The notes under the pieces are model-generated. The model saw only the letters and a list, made by a program, of their open reading frames with translations, searched no databases and was not told the DNA's origin. DNA of 34,757 nucleotides from assembly GCA_002245135.1 (NCBI GenBank), contig NGBS01000634.1, positions 1-34,757 of the forward strand. The letters run 5' to 3'. Below, piece after piece: positions 1 to 9,507 of the stretch. Numbering within the stretch: the stretch's first letter is position 1; each line of letters opens with the position of its first letter. The translations under genes and the position numbers were made by a program. Origin of the DNA: Proteromonas lacertae (lineage: Eukaryota).

Positions 1-74
1 TACTTTGTCCATCAAGATAAAGGTTCCGAGATTACCATGTCACCATCGACAAGATAACCAGCAGCTGAACCAAC

Positions 75-1030
75 ACGCCGAAAGATGACTATGACTTAAG
101 TCCCATATCGGATGGTGATGATGATGAATTAGACTTACCACAGTTGCCTTATGAAGTCAACATTCCCGAGATAGAAGTCAAGGAACAGGAAACTCCGATA
201 ATGCAATCACCAGAGATGATATTCAAGGAAGCTGCTAGCGATACTCAACCACCCCAACAACAACAATGGCAATTCTATCTATGTCCATGGAGTCTAGGAA
301 CAAAGAACCTTCAAGGATGTTGATCCATCAATGACTTTACCTTGCTTAGAATGCAGGAAGTGCTTCAATGCCCGAGACTTTGAGATGCCTAATAAGAGAT
401 ACTATATCCGATGTCCTAGTTGTAGAAGCCAACAAAAGAACTACTCCAGGAGATGTACACAAAGCATTCTCAGGAGCTTCTATCACGATTCAAAGAACTT
501 AAGCAATTGTCAGATGCCAGAGGAGAAGTGATAGGAGATGACTTTAATGAGGATGAAAAGGTTAAGTGCTATCGATGCAAGATCAACGAAGTTTACTTAT
601 CGGACGAAGTAACTAAGGTTGATCGATCAGGACAAAGGATCTGTGACAACTGTTGGCAGTGCAATGAGCTCTTTACCTCGATGATGCGTGATGTCTATTG
701 CCTTCTAAGGATAGCAATTCAAGAGACTGGTGATTGTCCTTCACAGAAGCTAGTCTGTAACCAGTGTTATTATATGCACCCCAAGGAAGAGTTCCTCAAG
801 AATCAGAAGGGTAAGTACTACGTGAACTGCTCTAGGTGTAGGAACTATACTTCATGGTATAATCAAAGACGCTTACGAAAGCAACAACGCAACTCCGAGG
901 GATAGCAATGACGATGATGAACCACCCTTAAGAAGAAGCACTTATCAGAGTCAAGAGCTTCTATGTCTATCGATCAATGGACGATCCCGACCCCCAACCA
1001 TCAGCTCAGCCTCCGACATCTCGTAAGTAA
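75..1030 (+). CDS. Frameshifted multi C4 zinc-finger protein (acidic/Pro-rich N-part, three CxxC..CxxC fingers); 5' end uncertain
   Basis: Overlapping + ORF pieces: TPKDDYDLSPISDGDDDELDLPQLPYEV (~75-322); CLECRKCF..RYYIRCPSCR (331-531); CYRC..RICDNC and CNQC..KEEF..KYYVNCSRCR (453-905). They join with single-base shifts. Confidence 0.5.
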
Positions 1031-1084
1031 GTTAAACGATCTCACTCAATACATTCTAACCCAATATCTTGTTTGTTGGGGGCG

Positions 1085-2366
1085 ATGTTCAATAATAGCT
1101 TATGTGAGAACGAGGTGGAAATGTTAAGGTTGCTGAATACGATCGATTAGAACACGACCGACACTAAGCAAAAGGTAGACTCCCGAGTTATCGTAAGGTA
1201 CGATAAGGACGTAGTCTTCCAGGATACCAAGGAACAAGTTCAAAAGGCTTTGACCTCTGGAGATCTGAAGGTAAGCGTTGACTATGAGAAGATTGATCCA
1301 CCCTTAGTTAGTTGCATTCAAGAAGTGATTAGAGGTACTCCGGTAAGTATCAACGATACTCAGCAGGAGGAAGTAACATCATCGATAGAATCAATCAAGA
1401 GAAAGCTGGATGAGCACTCTGAAGAAGTCAGTAAGAAGATCCCTAAGCTAGAGCAAGACCATCAGCACATCCAGGACTACTTGGAAGACAAGGTGCAGCC
1501 AGCATGTATAAGCATCCAGACAACACTCAAGGAGGTGCAAAGTAAAGTTGATAACATGGAAGAGATGGATAGAGATCTGAAGGAAGTCATGGAGCTGAGT
1601 AAGTCTATCGATAGCAAGATGCCAGAAGACTTTGGAGAGTCGGTAACATCTTCCTTGAAGAGCATCTCGGGAACTAGCAATCAGTTAAAGCAGTACCTGG
1701 AAGAGCAAGTCCCAGTAATGAGTAAGAGTATTGAAGAAGTCAAAGGCTCCATTGATACCACCGATGAAAGTGTTAGTCAATTGAAAGCATCCACGGATGA
1801 GAAGTTAGCTAAGTTGAGCTCCTTGCTATCGTCTATAGCCGGGAGTCTCAACATCGATGAGATCAACATCTACGACATGCTCAAGTACATTACCACTGTC
1901 GATGATAAGAGTCTAGTGAAACTTACCGACCTAGAGAGAAGCAACTAGTTGGAACTCTCGGAGTCCTTGATAAGATGAGAGTTAACTACGAAGACTACAA
2001 GACGATCAACACCGTGATTAAACAACAACATGATTAAGTTCAAGGAGGTGCTTCAAGAGATTGAGATCGCCAATGGATACAACAAGGACTTTAAATATCA
2101 AATGAATACTATTCAGGAGGAGATTGCTGGTCTGAGTGGAGATGCTGACAAGACGAATGAGTTCTGCTCTCGAGGAGAGAGCTGCTGCCTTAGACAGGAC
2201 CACAGAGACGATTGCTAAGATGGATATGGACAACATCAATCAGTACTGGCAGCTCTGGGCAAAAGCAAAAGGGCTGCAAAAGTCATTGATGTTATTAGAA
2301 GTCATTGGTAACAAGTTAACAATTGTAAACTCTCGTTTCCACGATTGGTTTCCGCGGTTCAATTAA
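1085..2366 (+). CDS. Long coiled-coil protein (~420 aa if repaired), broken by one in-frame TAG and frameshifts
   Basis: ATG 1085 (MFNNSLCENEVEMLRLLNTID) is in frame with ORF 1250-1948 apart from TAG 1148-1150. It continues through shifted pieces (EKQLVGTLGVLDKMRVNYEDY, ORF 2030-2218, ORF 2136-2366). The sequence is heptad-like and S/E/K/D-rich. Confidence 0.55.
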
Positions 2367-2450
2367 AAGCCCTTACAAGGTCACCAGCGTAGCAAGGAGA
2401 GTCAAGAGCGTGATTAGATTCATCACCTCGAGGTAACCAACACTTCTAGC

Positions 2451-2593
2451 TAGCTTCCAGGAGTACCCGTAGGAGATCGTCTCATAGATAGGTATAGATA
2501 GATATAGGTAGGTATAGAAATAGCTTACAGGAGTTCCTGTAGGGAAGTAGACTCTGTTGAGAAGTAGACCCTGTTAGGAGGAATCCCGTAGGA
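2451..2593 (+). repeat. Subterminal direct repeats next to the hairpin
   Basis: TAGCTTCCAGGAGTACCCGTAGG (2451-2473) vs TAGCTTACAGGAGTTCCTGTAGG (2521-2543), 20/23, with a partial third copy at 2576-2593. GAAGTAGACTCTGTT (2544-2558) vs GAAGTAGACCCTGTT (2561-2575). ATAG/GTAG low-complexity tract at 2484-2523. Confidence 0.8.
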
Positions 2594-2601
2594 ACCTTAT
2601 G

Positions 2602-2804
2602 TAAATGGGACTATGGACAATGTCACAGAGTTCTAACGAGTGGTTCTAGGAGTCCTTCCCCTTCTAGATTCAGAGTTGACCTTTACGGGAGCTTCATCGA
2701 TGCAATCGATGAAGCTCCCGTAAAAGTCAACTCTGAATCTAGAAGGGGAAGGACTCCTAGAACACTCGTTAGAACTCTGTGACATTGTCCCATAGTCCCA
2801 TTTA
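2602..2804. repeat. 203-bp near-perfect palindrome (hairpin/cruciform)
   Basis: Arm 2602-2701 is the reverse complement of arm 2705-2804 except for two 1-nt indels in G/C runs and one substitution. The loop GCA (2702-2704) is flanked by ATCGAT on both sides. Confidence 0.97.
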
Positions 2805-2826
2805 TATACTATATATAATATAACAC

Positions 2827-3040
2827 GTAATCTTCAAGACTGACATACAAATCAAAATTTAGTAAGAAAAGAAACTCCTTTTCTAGATCATTCATTTCAC
2901 AACCTGATATTCCACCAATTTGTACAAATTATGCATTATTGAAAAACTGATCGGTTTATTAGTGTAAGGATTAAATACAAGAATAGTAAATACTCATAAG
3001 TTTATGAGTTACCAAGGACAAGGATAGGATAAGACAAAAA
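2827..3040 (-). pseudogene. PHO80/cyclin-U(P)-like cyclin fragment
   Basis: The minus strand reads LVTHKLM-(intron with damaged acceptor)-DQFFNNA*FVQIGGISGCEMNDLEKEFLFLLNFDLYVSLEDY. This matches the cyclin-U consensus (K..DD..YNNAYYAKVGGI...EMN.LE.EFL..LDF.L.V). There is an in-frame TAA at the expected Tyr, and the fragment is truncated at both ends. Confidence 0.72.
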
Positions 3041-3110
3041 CTAATAATAGTATGGTATTAGCAAATATAAATTAATATAATTAATAATAACTACAGTTTA
3101 ATATTTTGTA

Positions 3111-3257
3111 TTACTCATTTTCACTATCGCTTATGTCTTCCAAATCAACACTTTCATTATTCTCACCATCTCCATTATCATTATCTGACTTATCTATACT
3201 GTTGTTTACAGCTTCTTCAATAGTACAGTCTATTTCATTATCCTCTTCAAACTCCAT
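3111..3257 (-). other. Short acidic ORF (48 aa), possibly a remnant terminal exon
   Basis: MEFEEDNEIDCTIEEAVNNSIDKSDNDNGDGENNESVDLEDISDSENE*; coding-like composition but no recognisable domain. Confidence 0.3.
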
Positions 3258-4022
3258 TATTCTTTTCTATTTTCATTAATCAACCCCTGCTACGTCTTTT
3301 GTATGGCATGATAAAATAAAAAAGCTTGAAAAGAAATCAAGCTTGGATTTATTTCATAATTTAATATTCGTGTTATAATTAAGTATTGTTTATTTTTATG
3401 TTCACATATGTGTAATGTTGTAAATTCATATGTATACATCTAAAAATTAAGTACAGTTTCTTTGAAATACTGTGAATTAATGAATATTAAAATTTATCTA
3501 AATTTAATCAGTTTATTTAACTGTATATATTCAAATAAGTTATTTTACATAATATTCAGATTATGTCAATTTGTATCATATTTCTATTATGAAGTGATAC
3601 TATTCATGTAAATGAGCAATACATTTATAAGTATGTTATTTAGATAGATTTAATACATAAAATTTACATAATATTTTGATTAATAGAAATAATATATGTA
3701 GTATTTATGAAAAACTAATTTTGTCCTTCTTGAAAAAGGACATGTTCGATTTCCGTACAGGCGAGACAAGAGAAGAAAGGACAGAAAGGAGGATATGGCT
3801 CCAGAAGGACGTCCTTTATGCAACTCAGTCATAAACCGTCTGCTTATTCGTTTTTTATAGAATGATATATATAGGTTTATATTTTGTTTATGTACATGAT
3901 TATATGATTAGAAACACATAATACAAAAGAGGTCAATTAATATTTACTAAATGTCAATGTCGGTCAGTGTAAATTAGTCAGTGTAATTTTACTGAAAGGT
4001 GATGACTAATTTAATAATAGAA

Positions 4023-7000
4023 TTATTTAATATTTTCAGCAAAAGTGTTTAATTCATCAAATGTAAAACATATTGTTGGTTTACTTTTCATTACTTCTTC
4101 ATAAAGATCTTTTTTATTTCTATTTTTAGTCATTTCTTTTAAAATTTTGGGATATTTAGATGTATCTCGATTAGCTTTTAATTTTATACTCACTTGGTTA
4201 TTTGGGCTTATATAAAATAAACCATATGGAGAATTATTATTAATAGCTGTTTTGTTTTTGAAAAACATTTTATATAGATTTTGAAGTATCATAATCATTT
4301 CAGGTGCTAATGAATGACTCTTTCCAACAGTAATTTGAATTCCGTATGGACCTAGTAATAAATCAATATCAGGGAAATTAGGTTTATAATTTAAGTCAAT
4401 AATTGGAAATTCTTTCTTTTTATAATTGAAAGAGTTTATTTTTTTCTGTAAATCACAATCATTTGTAACTTCAACTATTTCTTTTTTATCAAAAACAACA
4501 TATTTATTCTTTCTTTCATCTAAGTAATATTCTTTAATTTCATTAATCAAACTCTCATAAAAAGAATCACAATTCTTCATTAAATATGATATAATTCTTT
4601 CATATAACATTCCAGCTAGACTTCCTACTGGATTTTCTTTTAAGGATTTTATCTTTTCTTTACAACTTTCTTTATCATTTATCTTATACAATTTATCACA
4701 TGCCTTCTTTTTGATTTCTTCAGAAATAAATGTAAGTCGATTGGATGTAAAAATACCATTTTCATCTTCATATGTATCATATATCAATACATTATCATAT
4801 TCACCTTTTGAAAAAGGAGATTTATTTATTCCTTTTATTATTTCTTCTATTATCACCTTGTTCTTTTCATTATTAATTGCAATATTTATATATTTTTCAC
4901 TGTTTTCATTATAATAGAAGCCAATAATACCTTTATATAATGAATACTTTTCTTCATACACCTTTTTCCATTTATCATATCCATTCTTATTGAAAAATAT
5001 TTGTGATTTATCAGAATTTAATTCATCACTATTTGTAAATCCTACATAAGTATCATCCAATTCAATGCCATTCAATTTTATAACTGATATACATTCTTTC
5101 TCTAAAACTTTCTCTAATTCATCTTTTGTAAATTGAGGGATATACATGATTGATGGACATCTTTTACTTTGAAATGTTTTATGCTTTGTTTTGAATGGAT
5201 TAGCTAATAATATTATCATTTTTGCATCTGCATGATCATCTTCACCAATTACAGCTTCATCAGAAATTACTATTTGAAATTTATTTCCACTTTTAAAATA
5301 AACAAGATTATCTTCACCTTCAAATATTAAATGCAATATACTTACATCATCATATTTTGTATGAATATATTCTCTAATGATATCAGCTAAAATTGACTTT
5401 CCTATTCCATTATGACCAAATATCAAATAATTTCTTTGATTATCATAATTAAAATTAAAATTCTGAGGAAAAATAAAATTTAACATCTTTTTATAACATT
5501 CTCTCATCAAATAAACTTTCTTGTTTTGTATATATACATCCATTGGAGGTAAAACTATTGTATTAATATCCTGATTTTGTTGTTCACTATCTTCCTCTTT
5601 TAGTTCTTGTTCATCTTCTTCACTTTCGTTATCACTTTCTTCTTCTTCCAGTAATTCAGATATTGCTTCTGATGGTTGGGATTGTATATATGATATAGGG
5701 AAAATATCACAATCTTTTACTTCTTTGTTTTGTATTATACAATATTTAAACTCGCCACTTTCATTCATATTATATTTCTATTTAATTATAAATACAAGAT
5801 ATATTTATACTTTCATAGATTCTATCATTTTTTCTTTTGTTTTATCATCATTCTCAGTCATTTCATCATTTAGTAATACTTTTATAAATACTCCATTCAT
5901 TATTAAATCAAAGAAATTATTTTCATCCAATATATAAAACACTGACTGTAAGGAATTTGGAGGATGATAAACTGGAACATATAACTCAGAATTCATTTCA
6001 AAATTAGGATCTTCATAGTTGAACTCAATCATACCAGTACTTAATTCATATGCTATTATCTGTTTTAATGCCATTCTTCTCATATTTACATCTTTAGTTG
6101 ATGTGTAATATTCTTCAATCTGATGATATTCTTCTTCATTTTTAGGCGGATTAAATTTACAAACTATTAATTTTTCTACTTCTTCAGAAATGAATTTTAA
6201 ATAATCTTTTGGTTTTAATATTATTCTTCTAACATCATTATCCCATTCTTTTTCCAAATCATATTTTAATAAAATGTTAGATAATTCTTTCAATTTATCT
6301 TTTCCCATATAATCATCTACAAACTGAATATAACCTGTTGTTCCTACTACACTTTCTATTAACTGCTTATAATATTTCCAATAGTCCTCATGATAGTTTT
6401 CTTTATACAAATAGTGATAATATATTTGTCGAGGTATATTACCATACGTATTACATATTCCATCGAATTCATTACCTTTATCAAAATTAATACAATATTT
6501 AAACCATTCTTCTATTTCTTTTTTATTTAAAGTATCAAAATATATATTCTGTCTATACTTATTATATTTGCTATTATTATTTGAATCAGGAGAACTGATT
6601 GATATAACATTGTTAGTTGGATTAAACTCATAATTATAAGTATCAACTATTATCAATGAATTTTTAATATGACCTGGTCGAATAGTACTTTTAAATAGTA
6701 TATATTCTCCATTAATATTTTCAAATTTGTAGACTCTACCCTGTTTTTCATCACCATATTTCTTGCCTTTAATGAAATATATGCTTTTCATCTTTTTACA
6801 AGCATCCAAAACATAATAATTAAATCCAATACCTAAATCTTCTTCTTTTACTTCAACGTCTTTTATTTTATCAATTTCAGCTATTATTTCATCTTTTTTC
6901 TTTTTCAAAACTTTTCTGGTTTTATTATATTCTTTTTTAATACTATTAATTTCACCAGTAATTTCTCCAATTCTTTTGTTATATAATTCTATTGAATCCT

Positions 7001-9170
7001 TCATTTTCTTTATATTCATCAAACTGTTTAATATTCTTTCTGTTATTACATGTTTTAATACAACATCATCGTTATAATTTTTCCTTTTTATCCAATCATT
7101 CAATTGATTCAATTTTTTATCATAAATTATTTTAATATCTTTATGCAAATTCTCTATTTCTTTAATATTAGAATTATATTTTCCTTCACATATTGTTTCA
7201 GCTAAACTTTTATAACATTTAACTTGTATTTCTTTATCATATATTTTCATTGTATATGTATACCCTTTATGAATGTATAAATCACTATGATCAACTTCTT
7301 TATCATATATTCTTTTAATTCTGTCAAATACTGTTTTAATATTTACTTTTGAAATATTTATAGATTTATTACTTTCTTCTATATCTTTTTCTAATTGTTT
7401 TATTACCATACTTAATTCATCAATTCTTTTCTTCTTTTCTTTATTCAATTCATTCAAATAATCTATTATTTCTTTATTTTCTTTAATTAACTGTATTTTC
7501 TTCAAATATTCTTTTTCTTCTTCTTCATAATCATATGATAGATTATTCTTTAAAAAAAACAACAATACATATATAAAAGAGGTTTTGCCAATACCTGGCT
7601 GACCTGTAATCACTATATTGAAATTTTCTTCACTATTTGATAAGAGTTTACATATATCTCTAAACATTGAATAGTAACAATCTCTAATGTAAATAATATT
7701 CTTTGGAAACTGGAATACTTTCACATTGGCTTTTGAAAACTCTAAATATTTCTTTGTTTCACCACTTTCTTCAATATTACCATCTTCATCGAGTTTAGTA
7801 AGTTCAATTATATTCAAATTATTCACTATTTTAACAAAACTATCTGGAGAATCTAAGTACTTTGCATTTTCATCATCAAAATATGTTAATAGTATTATTA
7901 AATCATTTATATCACTATTAGATAAATATTCTTCTTGTATTTCATCTAATATAAATATATCTTCTATTCTTTCTTTTATTTCGTTAATATCAATATTTGA
8001 TGGATTGGCTTTGATTGATAATAGTTCAGATATCCAGTAATACTTTTCATAGTTGTATATACTACAAATAGTATTTGGTACTTTTATTCCATGTATTACA
8101 GCTTTACCATCTTCAATATTAATTGCATTAAATAAGTGATAATCCTTTTTCTCTATATAATATTCTATTAATTTCACTAAACCTTTTCTATCACCAATAC
8201 TAATACATGGATATATTGATGCAGGTAAGTTTTCATACACTAGTTTTTCAATACCATTTCCCTGTTTAATAAACATTTTCTTTTCATTCATATTATATTT
8301 AACTTCATATATTTCTCCTCTACTCCTTTGAATTGAAAATACTATTGGTATTGTTTCATCTCCAATTGTATAACCAAAGCTAATATTTTCACTACCAACA
8401 TTCATTATTCCAAAATAGAAATGATAAATTCCACTTTTCTCTTTCATTTCTTCTTTTATTTTAAAATAATACTTATTATTACGTATATCTTGAAATAACT
8501 GATTACACACTACATATTGAATTTCATCCATTTTATTACCACCACTACTGCCATTATTATCATAGCTGTACAATTCATTGATATACTTTAAGTAATTAAC
8601 TACATTACAACTTTTATCTTGAGTTGTATTAATATCATATCTTCTAATTGTATATCTTTTTATCATAAGTAATGGAAGATTCCAACAACTTAAATATTCA
8701 ACTGAACCATTTCTAGCACCAATATATGGGTAAACTGGCGTTGAACTAATTCTACATACACTCACTTCTTTGTTATTTCCCTGTCTAATTGACATTCTTT
8801 TGTTAATCATATCATATATCACTTCATATGTATCTCCTACTGTTGCAACGACAAATGCATCATCTTCACTCATTGAGTCTTCTTTCAGACGATAACCAAA
8901 ACTAATACCATCAGTTAAGCTTTCTACTTTGAATTTGAAATGATAAATCTTATTCTCCATCTTTTCGGAGAATAAACAATCTTCTGTAGCAACATTAACA
9001 ACACCTGTATGAATAATTTCTGTCATTTCTTCTTCCATATCTTCTTTATCTTTATCTTCAGCTTTATCTTCTATTTTTCGTTTTTTGGTGTTTTTATCTA
9101 CTTTATCTACTTGGACTGACTTTCTCTTTACTATTAAAAAAGTAATAACATACAAAAAAATACCTCGCAT
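4023..9170 (-). CDS. Crinkler/RHS-type effector: 2x SPRY-like + P-loop NTPase (coiled-coil insert) + second NTPase + REase-fold nuclease, ~1693 aa
   Basis: Exons 9170-9164, 9130-5811 and 5777-4023, with two 33-nt GT-AG introns joining the ORFs in frame. NTPase1: YIRDCY, GQPGIGKT, IIVD, ISSPD, YGNIPR. NTPase2: YLMRECY, GHNGIGKS. Nuclease: GMLYE...PNFPDID...IQITVGKSH. Confidence 0.8.
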
Positions 9171-9507
9171 TTGATCAATTACCAATATTTATTACAATAA
9201 CCGTGGTAAAATAGTTAGTTGATGAGATATGAGCAAAAATAATGATTGAATGAAACACCCAATCAAATTGCTCCACGTGTAATTGAAATGCTGAAATTTT
9301 TTTTGCATTACGTTTTTCTCTTGATATATAACAAAATAGTACTTTATATTTTGTTGATTGGTTTCTATAATCATATTATAATTAATTCTATATTAGTGAT
9401 TGATGAGTTGTGAATTTTATTGATATTGTGAGATAGACTGTACTTTTTATTTTACTATATACACAATTAAAATACAAAAAGAATCAATTTCTCATAATTT
9501 TTACAAA

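Larger units (their letters stand above)
1..2804 (+). mobile_element. Foreign GC-richer element (partial, left end outside window) ending in a long terminal hairpin; unclassified virus/linear plasmid/transposon-like
   Basis: By eye ~40-45% GC versus ~20-33% in the rest of the window. All main ORFs lie on the + strand with no host-type tiny introns. There are subterminal repeats at 2451-2593 and a palindrome at 2602-2804, followed by an abrupt switch to AT-rich DNA. No transposase, integrase, polymerase or capsid is visible in the window. Confidence 0.6.

Noticed and set aside
1023..1098. GTAAGT...CTAAC...TAG as an intron in the element
   Set aside because: It is unlike the host's ~30-nt AT-rich introns, and an ATG at 1085 explains the downstream ORF without splicing; it cannot be supported without RNA data.
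2451..2593. Repeats as a CRISPR array
   Set aside because: Only 2-3 degenerate copies with irregular spacing, a eukaryotic context and no cas genes.
1148..2932. In-frame TAG/TAA suggesting a ciliate-type reassigned genetic code
   Set aside because: RPL32, 14-3-3 and TAF6 end in TAA and RPL18A in TAG at the expected positions, and long ORFs are free of internal stops.
4711..8040. Plus-strand ORFs rich in F/S/I/L (also 24848-25225, 27387-27662, 28443-28646 etc.)
   Set aside because: Antisense shadows of K/E/N-rich genes in AT-rich DNA.
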